From the NCBI GenBank assembly GCA_963803435.1, contig CAWDML010000009.1, positions 896,001-960,000 of the forward strand: a DNA stretch of 64,000 nucleotides, read 5' to 3'. Shown here in pieces: positions 8,480-18,085 of this stretch (its first letter is position 1; every line of letters starts with the position of its first letter). The notes under the pieces are model-generated. The model was given only the letters and a program-made list of their open reading frames with translations. It searched no databases and was not told the DNA's origin. Source of the DNA: an uncultured delta proteobacterium (GTDB lineage: Bacteria > Myxococcota > Kuafuiibacteriia > Kuafuiibacteriales > Kuafuiibacteriaceae). Position numbers and translations under genes: made by a program.

Positions 8480-9472
8480 ATGAGCATGGCACAGGACGCT
8501 CGGCGGGCCGCTCCCTGGGCGCCGGCAGGGATGGATGTTCGGCGCGTGTACCGCCTCATGGCGCACGCGCGGCTCCTCGAGGAGCGGATGATCAAGATGA
8601 CCCGCTCGAGCGACGGATTCTTCTGGATCGGCGGCCCCGGCGAGGAGGCGTTCAACGTCTGCCTGGGCCTGATGATCAAGAAGGGCCGCGGGCTCGACTA
8701 CGACTTCCTGCACCTGCACTACCGGAGCTCGGCGATCCTGCTGGCGATGGGCATGCCGATCATCGACGCGCTGCGACAGATGGCGTCGAAGGCCACGGAT
8801 CCGCACTCGGGCGGCCGCAACTTCATCAATCACTTCTGTGTCCCCGAGTGGAACGTGGTCCCCGGCGTATCGACGATCGAGACCCAGTATTCGGTCGCCC
8901 CCGGTACCGCGCTCGCGCAGCGGCGTCACGGCGGGGACGCGATCACGATCGTGAACGGCGGCGACGCAGGCTCGGCGGAGAGCGACTTCGCGACCTGCCT
9001 GAACTGGTCGAGCCGTCCCGGTCGAGAGCTGCCGATCCTGATCGTGGTGGCCAACAATCAGTGGGGCATCTCGACGCCCGCGCTCGAGGTGCAGGGCGCG
9101 CGGCCGATCGCCCGCCGCGCCGAGTCCTTCGGGATCCCGTGGGCGGTGGTCGACGGTCACGATCCGGTCGCCTCGTGGAAGGCGCTCGAGAAGGCGATCG
9201 GCTACGTCCGCAAGGAGCGCAAGCCGTATTGCATCGAAGCCATGGTGTCGCGCCTGTACGGGCACTCCTCGTCCTCGGGCGCGGTGCGCGAGCAGGAGCC
9301 GGACTGTCTCGACCTCTTCGAGCGCCGCCTGGCCGAGGCGGGCGTCTTCACCAAGGACGAGATGCAACAGATCAAGTCTGACTTCGAGCAGGAGTGCCTG
9401 AACGCCCTGAACCAGGTCCGGGAGGAGCCGTTCCCGGATCCGTCGACGATGTTCGATCACACCTTCGCGTAG
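8480..9472 (+). CDS. 2-oxoacid (probably branched-chain) dehydrogenase E1 alpha subunit
   Basis: GEEA, HYRS, TPP-binding variant GDAGSAESDF...NNQWGIS, VDGHD, RLYGHSSS. Confidence 0.9.
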   Translation: MSMAQDARRAAPWAPAGMDVRRVYRLMAHARLLEERMIKMTRSSDGFFWIGGPGEEAFNVCLGLMIKKGRGLDYDFLHLHYRSSAILLAMGMPIIDALRQMASKATDPHSGGRNFINHFCVPEWNVVPGVSTIETQYSVAPGTALAQRRHGGDAITIVNGGDAGSAESDFATCLNWSSRPGRELPILIVVANNQWGISTPALEVQGARPIARRAESFGIPWAVVDGHDPVASWKALEKAIGYVRKERKPYCIEAMVSRLYGHSSSSGAVREQEPDCLDLFERRLAEAGVFTKDEMQQIKSDFEQECLNALNQVREEPFPDPSTMFDHTFA

Positions 9473-9481
9473 AGAGCAGCC

Positions 9482-10540
9482 ATGGCGAACATTGCCCAAG
9501 CGATCCGGATGGCCCTCCACGTCGGCGAGACCAAGCTCGGCGTCACCGACATCTTTGGCGAGGACGTCGGTCCCCCGCTGGGCGGCGTCTTCACCTGCAC
9601 CCAGGGCCTGGAGACGGCCTGGAACACGCCGCTCGACGAGCGCGGGATCGTGGGCACCGCGTTCGGCCTGGCGCTCGCAGGACAGCGCTGCGTCGCCGAG
9701 ATCCAGTTCTGCGACTACATCTTCAACACGATCGACCTGTTGAAGCTGATCGGAAACTGCTGCTGGTCGTCGATGGGCCAGTACAGCGTCCCGCTGGTGC
9801 TGATGACGCCGGTGGGCTCCGGCATCCACGGCTCGCTGTACCACTCGCACTCGTTCGACGCGATGGCGACGCACATGCCCGGCTGGAAGGTCGTGCTGGC
9901 CTCCACCCCGCTCGACGTCTACGGGCTGATGATCTCGGCGATCAAGGATCCCAACCCGGTCATGTTTCTCTACCCGAAGGCGCTGATCCGCCTGCCGGGG
10001 AGAGAGCGCATCCCGGGAGAGCCGGAAGATTCGAAGGTGCTGGCGCGGATGATCGATGCGCCCCTCGGGGACAAGCGCACGGGTTGGAGGCCCGACTGGC
10101 CCGACCTCGAAGACTTCGAGATCCCGTTCGGCGAGGCGAAGCGGCTCCGGGAGGGCGATCAGATCACCATCGCCACCTATGGCCGCCTGGTGCCGCTGTG
10201 CGAGAAGGCCGCCGACAAGCTGGCGACCGAGGGGATCTCGGCCGAGGTCTTCGACCTGCGCACGCTCGTCCCGCTGGACGAGGAGGCGATCTTCGCCTCG
10301 GTCGCGAAGACGGGGCGCTTCCTGGCCGTCAACGAGGACACCGAGGTCACCAACTTCGGCGAGCACCTCGTGCGCAGGGTGACCGAGGCCTGCTTCTATC
10401 ACCTGGAGGCGCCGCCGCGGCTGCTCGCCGGGGTCAACACCCCGGGGATCGGCCTGGCCTGGAGCCTCGAGGAGAAGCAGGTTCCGCAGCAAATCGACGT
10501 GGAGCACGCGGTCCGCGAGCTGGTTCGAACACGGGCCTGA
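9482..10540 (+). CDS. 2-oxoacid dehydrogenase E1 beta subunit
   Basis: FGEDVG..GGVF, NTPLDERGIVG, AEIQFCDY, YHSHS, DPNPVMFL, DLRTLVPLD. Confidence 0.93.
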   Translation: MANIAQAIRMALHVGETKLGVTDIFGEDVGPPLGGVFTCTQGLETAWNTPLDERGIVGTAFGLALAGQRCVAEIQFCDYIFNTIDLLKLIGNCCWSSMGQYSVPLVLMTPVGSGIHGSLYHSHSFDAMATHMPGWKVVLASTPLDVYGLMISAIKDPNPVMFLYPKALIRLPGRERIPGEPEDSKVLARMIDAPLGDKRTGWRPDWPDLEDFEIPFGEAKRLREGDQITIATYGRLVPLCEKAADKLATEGISAEVFDLRTLVPLDEEAIFASVAKTGRFLAVNEDTEVTNFGEHLVRRVTEACFYHLEAPPRLLAGVNTPGIGLAWSLEEKQVPQQIDVEHAVRELVRTRA

Positions 10541-10577
10541 TCCAGCCGGCGGGCCGGGCCGTTGATCCCGGGGGGAC

Positions 10578-13500
10578 ATGACCAAGATGGAGAGCACACA
10601 ACCGCTCGAGCAGCTCGAGGCACTCGCGTTCGGCGAGGAGGAGGAGCGCGAGCGAGCGCTCGCCTCCCTGATCCCGGGGACCGAAGATTACTACTTCCAC
10701 CACTGCCTCCAGCGCCAGCTGGCCGGACGGCTCGCCGAGGTGCCCGCGCTCCTCGAGCAGTGGATCCGGCGCCACGGGCGCACGGAGCGCGCCGAGGGAA
10801 TCGAGCGCCGGCAGGCGCTGCTCACCTACGAGCGGGATCCCAAGGCGGCGCTCGAGCACCTCAGGCAATGGCTCGGCCTTCGTTTCGATCACCAGCGCGA
10901 GGTCGAGGTCGAGCAGGAGCGACATCCGAACGCGCTGGACCAGGCGGCCATCTCCCGCGCGGCGCTGATGGCGCGTGCCCGCAGCCGGACCTCCAGCAAT
11001 CTCTCGCCCTTCGAGGACTCGGCGCTCGCCTGGCTCGGGGACGAGCTCACCACGAGCCAGCGGCAGCACTTCCTCGACCGCATCGCGCGGCCCGATCATC
11101 CGCGCTTGGTGGCGTGGGTGGTCGAGGATCTCGACAATCCGAAGACCGGGAGCTTCGGCTCGCGGCGGATTCACGCGCTCCTGTTGAAGGAGCAGCTCGA
11201 CGAGCTCCTGCGCCAGCGTCCGGCGCTCCTCGAGCAGCCAGCGTTCGTCTTCGCCCGGCTGGCCAAGCTCGCGCCCACGGCCGATGCCGACGCGGACCAC
11301 GATCCCGCGGAGCGGGCAGACTGGCTCGAGCGCCTGTGGGACTTCGTGAAGGGCCTGGAGGCCAGCTTCAACGCGCTCAAGGTGACGGTTCTCCACCACC
11401 GGCTGGCCTTCGAGCGGAGCCGCGGGATCTACAATCGCGCCCGGTTCCTCGCTTATCTCAGGCTGCCGCGGAGCGTGCAGTACGCGCCCGCGGACTTCCT
11501 GAAGCGGCACACCTCGGAGGTGGTGGCGCTCGGGACCGACTTCTCGGCGCAGCTCGGCCTTCCCCCGGTCTTCGACGACGAGCCGCTGGTCCGTGCCTTC
11601 GTCGAGCGCTTCGTCCTCGCCGATCCCAGCATCGAGGACTTCGCCTCCTACGTGAGGAAGGACGTCCTCATCCGCTGGCGGGCGTTCGCGCTGATCGGCG
11701 CGGGGCTCGGCGATCAGGAGCGGTGGTACGCGGAGCTCGACGACCCGGCGGGCTATCAGTCCTACCAGGAGCGGGTCGACATCGAACTCCTCCCCGAGAA
11801 CCCGGTCTGGTTCGGGGCCGACGATCCGGTCCGTCTGGCGGTCGCGGTCAAGAACGTCCGCGACCTGGTGGTGAAGGTCTTCGAGATCAACACCCGAAAC
11901 TACTTCCTCCAGCACGGGCGCGAGGTCGACGCCTCGATCGATCTGGACGGGCTCGAGCCCGGTGAGGAGCGCACGCTCACGCTCGATGAGTCGCCGCTCC
12001 GGATCGTGCGCCACGAGATCGATCTGCCCGCGCTGGCCGGTCCCGGCGTATTCGTCGTGGAGCTGATCGGCAACGGCAAGAGCAGCCGCGCGTTGATCCG
12101 CAAGGGGACGCTGCGGGTGGTCGAGCGGCTGGGCGCTGCCGGTCACGTCTTCAACGTGCTCGACGAGCGCAACCAGCTCCTCCCCGGCGCGTCGATCTGG
12201 CTGGGCGGGAAGGAGCACCGCGCCGACGCAGGGGGCGAGATCGGGATCCCGTACAGCACGCGCCCGGAGACCCGGCGGATGCTGCTCTCCTCCGGCAAGA
12301 TCACGACGATGGAGACGTTCCATCACCGCGCCGAGCGCTACGGCCTGGTCGCAGGCTTCTACGTCGATCGGGAGCAGCTCCTGCAGGACGGCACCGCCGA
12401 GCTCGTCGTCCGCGCTGCGCTCCATCTCGGCGACGTCGAGGTCTCGCTCGACCTGCTCGAGGAGGTGCGCCTCACGATCGGCTCGGTGGACGGCGAGGGG
12501 ACCAAGAGCTCGCTCGACGTACCTGCGTTTCGGCTCCAGTCCGACCGCGAGGCCGTGCATCGCTTCCAGGTCCCCAAGAACCTTCGTGCGCTCGACTTCA
12601 CACTCCGCGCCAAGGTCCAGAGCATCTCGGAGCAGCGCAAGGTCGACCTCGAGGCGCACCATCACGTCGACCTCAACCAGATCGACGCCGGGGATCGAAC
12701 GCACGACCTTCACCTGGCGCGCACCGACACCGGCCACGTGCTCTACCTCTACGGGAAGACCGGGGAGCCGCTCGCCAACAAGGCGATCGCGGTCAGCCTC
12801 AAGCACGAGGACTTCGTCGAGACCGTCGACGTCGTGCTCCAGACCGGCGCGGACGGCCGCATCGTGCTCGGGCCCCTCGACGGTGTGGCCTCGCTGACCG
12901 CGCAGAGCCCGGGCGGGGTGGCGGAGTCGTTCTCGCTCTCGGCGGGCTTCGTGTCGCGACCCGCCGCCGTCCACGCGTGCTTGGAGGAGACGATCCGGCT
13001 GCCGTTCGCCGGCGGAGGGTTCAGCCTGCTCGAGACCCGCGCCCGCAGCTTCCAGCGGCGGTGCACGGACGCCGTCCGTGTCGAGCACGGCCAGCTCGTG
13101 ATCGCCGGCCTCGAGCCCGGCGACTACGACCTCTTCTTGGCCGAACGCCAGGAGAGCATCGCGATCCGGGTGACCAGGGGACGCCGGCAGCGCGGCTGGG
13201 CTGTCTCCGACAAGCGGCAGCTGGAGGCGCGCCCGCGGGCCCGGCTCGCGATCGATCGGGTGAGCGCGGCCGACGATGCCGTGGAGATCCGGCTGGCGGC
13301 CTTCTCCGAGTCGACGCGCGTCCACCTGTTCGCGACCCGCTTCCTGCCGGCATACTCGGCCTTCGAGGCCCTCGGCCGCGTCCGAGATCCGGCCCCGCGC
13401 GTGGTCGAGATCGCGCGGGGGCTCTCGAGCTACGTGTCGGGCCGGGACATCGGCGACGAGTACCGCTACATCCTCGAGCGCAAGCATCGGAGGAAGTTCC

Positions 13501-16500
13501 CGGGCAACATGCTGGCGCGCCCGGGCCTGCTGCTCAATCCCTGGTCGGTGCAGAAGACCGACACCGGCGTGCTGATGGCGGCGGGCGGCGGCGCCTACGG
13601 TGCGTCCGCCGATCGCAGGACCCGCGACGAGCCGGCGAAGCGGCCGCCCCGACCCCAGCCGAGCTCCGGGCCGGGCGGCTTCTCGAGCCTCGACTTCCTC
13701 GATCGCGCGGCGGTGGTCGAGGTCAACCTGCGGCCCGACGCGTCCGGCGTGATCAAGGTGGATCGCGCGCTCGTGACGGGGACGTCGCTGCTTCGGATCG
13801 TCGCCGTCGATGAGGGCATGACCATCGAGGCCGAGCTCCCGCTCCCCGAGGCGCCCCATACGTCACGCGATCTCCGTCTCCTCACGCCGCTCGATCCAAA
13901 GCGGCGCTTCACTCAGAAGAAGGAGCGCACCACCCTGGTCGAGGGCGGGCGAATCGTCATCGAGGACCTCACGACGGCCGAGATCGAGCCGATCGACACG
14001 CTCGCCAAGGCGTACGGTGTGCTGGCGGCGCTGACGTCCGACGCCGCGCTCGTCGAGTTCTCGTTCGTCCTCGAGTGGCACGCGCTCGACGAGATCGCCC
14101 GGCGGAAGCGCTACAGCGATTACGCCTGTCACGAGCTCAACCTGTTCCTCGAGAGGAAGGATCCCGCCTTCTTTCACGCGGTCGTGAAGCCGTACCTCGC
14201 GAACAAGAAGGACAAGACCTTCCTCGATCACTATCTGCTCGGAGAGTCGCTCGACCGCTACCTGGAGCCGTGGGCGTACGGCCGGCTCAACACACTCGAG
14301 CGGATCCTGCTGGGCCGGCGGATCGACGGCGAGAGCGGCCCCACCCGCCGGCACGTCCTGGACCGGTTCGAGCTGCTGGAGAAGAACGTCGAGGAGGACG
14401 ACCGCCTGTTCCGCAGCATGCTCTCGAAGAGCGCCCTCGACACTTCCGACGCCCTCGGCGTCGCGCAGGCGAAGGCCATGATGGTGTCGGAGGGATTCGC
14501 GCCCATGTCGGCGGCCGCGCCGGCGCCGAAGATGCGGGCGGCCAAGAAGGCGAAGGCTCCGCAAGAGCTGAGCGACGACTTCGAGATGGAGAAGGCCGCC
14601 CTCGACGAGGGCGGCGACGACTTCGATCTCGACCTCGAGATGTCCAAGGAGGAGCGACGGAGCGACGAGGGCCGACGGCGTGAGCAGCGGCCGCACTTCC
14701 GCCAGCTCAGCAAGACCGAGGAGTGGGCCGAGAACAACTACTGGCACCGCCGCATTCAGGAGCAGGACGGCGGCCTGATCCCGGTCAACGGTTTCTGGAA
14801 GGACTTCGCGGAGCACGACGGCAAGGGCCCGTTCCTCTCCGCCCACTTCGCCGAGGCGACCTCGTGCTTCGCCGAGATGATGTGTGCGCTCGCCGTCCTC
14901 GATCTGCCCTTCGCAGCCGCGGACCACGAGGTCGCGTATCAGGGTGCGCGCATGGAGATGACCGCGCGCTCGAGCGCGCTCGTGCTCTCCCGAGAGATCA
15001 AGCCCGCACCGGTGGCCGAGAAGACGTCGCCGATCCTGGTCAGCCAGAACTACTTCAGGAAGGACGACCGCTACGAGTACGCCGACGGCGAGCGGAGAGA
15101 CCGGTACGTCATCGGTGAGCTGCTGATCGGCGTGCCCTACATCTGCCAGGTCGTGCTCACCAACCCGACCTCATCCCAGGCCAAGCTCGACGTGCTGCTC
15201 CAGATCCCCGAGGGCGCGATGCCGCTCGACGGCGGGTTCTTCACCAGGGGACGTCCGCTGCTCCTGGCTCCGTTCTCCACGCAGTCGATCGAGTACGCGT
15301 TCTACTTCCCGAGGCCCGGGTCGTTCGTCCACTACCCGGTTCAGGTGGCGAAGAACGAGGAGGTGGTGGCGTCGGCGCCCGTGTGCGCGCCGCTCTCGGT
15401 CGTGCTGGAGCCGACCGAGATCGACACGCGTTCGTGGTCTTGGGTCTCGCAGCACGGGTCCACAGAGGAAGTGCTGCGCTTCCTCGAGGACCAGAACGTC
15501 GAGCGGATAGACCTCTCGCGGATCGCGTGGCGCATGCGCGACCGGCTGGTCTTCGAGAAGGTCACGAAGCTGCTGTCGCGGCGCCATCGCTACGAGGACG
15601 TGCTGTGGAGCTACGCCCACTCGCACCGGCTGCCGGAGCAGATCGGGGAGCACCTCCGCCACCAGGACGACTTTCTCCGCTCGTGCGGGCCGGCGTTCGA
15701 GTCGCCGCTGGTCGTCGTCGATCCGGTGGCACGGGCCTGGTACGAGCATCTCGAGTACCTGCCGCTGGTGAACGCCCGCGCGCATCGCCTGGGCGGGCGG
15801 ATCAAGATCCTCAACCCGGCGTTCGAGCGGCAGTATCGGGCGCTGCTCGATCTCCTCTGCCATCGGCGGGCGCAGGCCGCCGATCTGCTGGCGGCCGCGT
15901 ACTATCTGTTCCTCCAGGATCGGGTCGAAGAGGCGCTCGAGTGCTTCGAGCGGGTGGACGCGACCCGCGTGCCCACGGCGATGCAGCACGACTACCTGAC
16001 CGCCTATGCCTCGCTCTACCAGGGCGATGCGGCGAGGGCCCGGTCGATCGGATCGGCGTACCTGAGCCATCCCGTCGATCGCTGGCGACGGCTCTTCGAA
16101 GGCATCCTGGCGGTGCTCGACGAGGCGGAGGACGAGACCGCGCGCGTGGTCGACGCCGAGGATCGCGGCCAGGAGCAGGCCAGGTTGGCGGCGACGGAGC
16201 CGAGCTTCGAGCTCTCGGTGCAGGGCCCGACGATCACGATCGGTTACCGAAACCTCGACGAGTGCCTGATCAACTACTACGGGATGGACATCGAGCTGCT
16301 GTTCTCGCGGCAGCCGTTCGTTCAGCAGGACTCGAGCCGCTTCTCGATGATCCGCCCGGGGCGGGTCGATCGGATCGCGCTCCCGGCCGGGGGCCGTGAG
16401 GTGACCGTGCCGTTGCCCGCCGAGCTGGCCAAGAAGAACGTCGTCATCGAGGTGGTCGCGGGCGCGCAGAAGCGGGCCACGGCCAACTACGCCCACGAGC

Positions 16501-16772
16501 TCGCGGTGCAGCTCGCCGAGCAATACGGTCATCTCTATGTCCGCCGCCGCGGGACGCACGCGGCGCTCCCCGAGTCCTACGTCAAGGTGTACGCGAAGAC
16601 GCACGACGGACGCGTCAAGTTCTACAAGGACGGGTACACCGACGTGCGCGGGTGCTTCGACTACGCGTCACTCAGCACGGACGAGCTGGACGGCGTGGAG
16701 CGGTTCGCGATCCTGGTGATCACGGCCGAGGCCGGCGCCGTGATCCGCGAAGCGATACCGCCGCAGCGCTGA
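10578..16772 (+). CDS. Very large (2064 aa) hypothetical protein with macroglobulin-like beta-sandwich segments
   Basis: Uninterrupted ORF with host-like codon usage; helical N-terminus, MG-like segments (GKTGEPLANK...QTGADGRIVLG), C-terminal YVKVYA...FYKDGYTDVRGCFDY; no signal peptide. Confidence 0.85.
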   Translation: MTKMESTQPLEQLEALAFGEEEERERALASLIPGTEDYYFHHCLQRQLAGRLAEVPALLEQWIRRHGRTERAEGIERRQALLTYERDPKAALEHLRQWLGLRFDHQREVEVEQERHPNALDQAAISRAALMARARSRTSSNLSPFEDSALAWLGDELTTSQRQHFLDRIARPDHPRLVAWVVEDLDNPKTGSFGSRRIHALLLKEQLDELLRQRPALLEQPAFVFARLAKLAPTADADADHDPAERADWLERLWDFVKGLEASFNALKVTVLHHRLAFERSRGIYNRARFLAYLRLPRSVQYAPADFLKRHTSEVVALGTDFSAQLGLPPVFDDEPLVRAFVERFVLADPSIEDFASYVRKDVLIRWRAFALIGAGLGDQERWYAELDDPAGYQSYQERVDIELLPENPVWFGADDPVRLAVAVKNVRDLVVKVFEINTRNYFLQHGREVDASIDLDGLEPGEERTLTLDESPLRIVRHEIDLPALAGPGVFVVELIGNGKSSRALIRKGTLRVVERLGAAGHVFNVLDERNQLLPGASIWLGGKEHRADAGGEIGIPYSTRPETRRMLLSSGKITTMETFHHRAERYGLVAGFYVDREQLLQDGTAELVVRAALHLGDVEVSLDLLEEVRLTIGSVDGEGTKSSLDVPAFRLQSDREAVHRFQVPKNLRALDFTLRAKVQSISEQRKVDLEAHHHVDLNQIDAGDRTHDLHLARTDTGHVLYLYGKTGEPLANKAIAVSLKHEDFVETVDVVLQTGADGRIVLGPLDGVASLTAQSPGGVAESFSLSAGFVSRPAAVHACLEETIRLPFAGGGFSLLETRARSFQRRCTDAVRVEHGQLVIAGLEPGDYDLFLAERQESIAIRVTRGRRQRGWAVSDKRQLEARPRARLAIDRVSAADDAVEIRLAAFSESTRVHLFATRFLPAYSAFEALGRVRDPAPRVVEIARGLSSYVSGRDIGDEYRYILERKHRRKFPGNMLARPGLLLNPWSVQKTDTGVLMAAGGGAYGASADRRTRDEPAKRPPRPQPSSGPGGFSSLDFLDRAAVVEVNLRPDASGVIKVDRALVTGTSLLRIVAVDEGMTIEAELPLPEAPHTSRDLRLLTPLDPKRRFTQKKERTTLVEGGRIVIEDLTTAEIEPIDTLAKAYGVLAALTSDAALVEFSFVLEWHALDEIARRKRYSDYACHELNLFLERKDPAFFHAVVKPYLANKKDKTFLDHYLLGESLDRYLEPWAYGRLNTLERILLGRRIDGESGPTRRHVLDRFELLEKNVEEDDRLFRSMLSKSALDTSDALGVAQAKAMMVSEGFAPMSAAAPAPKMRAAKKAKAPQELSDDFEMEKAALDEGGDDFDLDLEMSKEERRSDEGRRREQRPHFRQLSKTEEWAENNYWHRRIQEQDGGLIPVNGFWKDFAEHDGKGPFLSAHFAEATSCFAEMMCALAVLDLPFAAADHEVAYQGARMEMTARSSALVLSREIKPAPVAEKTSPILVSQNYFRKDDRYEYADGERRDRYVIGELLIGVPYICQVVLTNPTSSQAKLDVLLQIPEGAMPLDGGFFTRGRPLLLAPFSTQSIEYAFYFPRPGSFVHYPVQVAKNEEVVASAPVCAPLSVVLEPTEIDTRSWSWVSQHGSTEEVLRFLEDQNVERIDLSRIAWRMRDRLVFEKVTKLLSRRHRYEDVLWSYAHSHRLPEQIGEHLRHQDDFLRSCGPAFESPLVVVDPVARAWYEHLEYLPLVNARAHRLGGRIKILNPAFERQYRALLDLLCHRRAQAADLLAAAYYLFLQDRVEEALECFERVDATRVPTAMQHDYLTAYASLYQGDAARARSIGSAYLSHPVDRWRRLFEGILAVLDEAEDETARVVDAEDRGQEQARLAATEPSFELSVQGPTITIGYRNLDECLINYYGMDIELLFSRQPFVQQDSSRFSMIRPGRVDRIALPAGGREVTVPLPAELAKKNVVIEVVAGAQKRATANYAHELAVQLAEQYGHLYVRRRGTHAALPESYVKVYAKTHDGRVKFYKDGYTDVRGCFDYASLSTDELDGVERFAILVITAEAGAVIREAIPPQR

Positions 16773-17930
16773 GCAACAGGAGCGGGATCGAGGGGGGACT
16801 CCGCGCGCTCCCGGGCGCTCGGCTTCGGTGCAGCTGCAGCCGTCGCGGCGGCGTCCGCCGCCACCGATCACGCCGGCGTCGCGCTCGACTGGGGTTCCGG
16901 AGTCCGCCGCGATCTCTCCCGAGTCGAAGGGCTGGGCGTCGGCGACGGCGGCGTCCTTCTCGACCACGCCCGAGTCGGGCTCGATCCCGGTGTCCAGGAA
17001 GCCGGCGTCCAGAGGCGGGGGCACCGGATCGCCGGCGACCGGGAGGCCGCCGCCGTTGGCGCAGACCCCCGGCGGGCGCAGACCCTGGGTGCAGCGATCG
17101 CGCATCATTTGATCGAACCAGGTGCGGAACGCGTCCGCGCGCATGTCGATGCCACCCTTGTTGCAGTCCGAGTCGTCGTAGGCGCGGCTGGTGATGCCGA
17201 TGACGCGCCGGAGGGGGGGCCGTCCGTCGTCGATGTCGACGAACGTGGGACCGCCCGAGTCACCGTGGCACTTCTGGGGGTCGCCCGGCGGAACGTCGCC
17301 GATCTGCATCTCGTACTGGTTGATCTCGTTGATGAAGGTGACCGCCTGGTTCTTGACGCCCGCAGCCATGGAGGTCGCGGAGGTCTGCCCGTAGCCGACG
17401 ATCACCACGTCGGTCCCCACGCCCAGCGTGGCGCCGTCCTGCGCGTCTGCGACGACGCCCGGCACCGGGGAGGCGAACGGTGCCTTGAGGAAGCCCAGCC
17501 CGACGTCGTTGTAATTGTTGAGGCCGGGGGCAGGCTCGGTGTTGAAGTCGAAGAGGGGATGCGGGATCAGCGTGTCGAACTCGATCGCGTCGGGGGGAAG
17601 ATCGAGCGACTGCATGCCGAACATCGAGACGTCGAGCTGGAAGCTGAAGTAGTTCTTGAACGGGACCGCGCCGTTCAGGAAGTCGATGGTGCAGTGGCCG
17701 GCCATCATCACCACGTCGGGCGCGACCAGCGTGCCGGTGCAGACGAAGGATCCGAACGTCTGGCCGCCGCCGAAGTCGTAAACGGTCAAGAGCACGCCGG
17801 TCTCGGGATACTCGCCCGGGAGCGACGGCTGCCCGCCGATGATGGGGTCCGTCGATCGGCCGTCGTGCAGCGCCTGGCGGCTGCACGCGACCGCGAGGAT
17901 GAGGGCTCCGGTGAGAGCGACCCGGCGCAT
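16720..17930 (-). CDS. Secreted S1 (trypsin-like) serine protease with MYXO-CTERM-like tail (apparent frameshift near 16795)
   Basis: Lipobox-like LAVAC, IIGG, CTGTLV..DVVMMAGHC, DVGL, CHGDSGGP. Tail GCSC continues in another frame as SIPLLLLSAAAVSLRGSRRRPRP* (stop 16720-16722). Confidence 0.88.
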
Positions 17931-18056
17931 GCGGGATCTTACCGGCGCGGCCCGCTTCCTGGGCCATCGGATGGTCGACGGTCGGTCGCCGGACTCGACT
18001 CACCACCGATGGTGTCTCGACCGCCGGAAGGGAGGGTCATCGTCTTTTGTGGCGGT

Positions 18057-18071
18057 TGGCACGTGATGTGC
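18057..18071 (+). promoter_or_regulatory. Putative sigma54 (-24/-12) promoter
   Basis: TGGCACGTGATGTGC versus consensus TGGCACG-N4-TTGC, correct GG/GC spacing, 14 bp before ATG 18086. Confidence 0.55.
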
Positions 18072-18085
18072 GTTATGTGGGGTGC

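Noticed and set aside
10434-13859. Long antisense ORFs (also 61..1023, 5711..7216, 8030..10597, 34212..37259, 51682..54456, 60008..61392)
   Set aside because: Stop-poor shadow frames typical of high-GC genes; no motifs, and the opposite strand has recognisable proteins.
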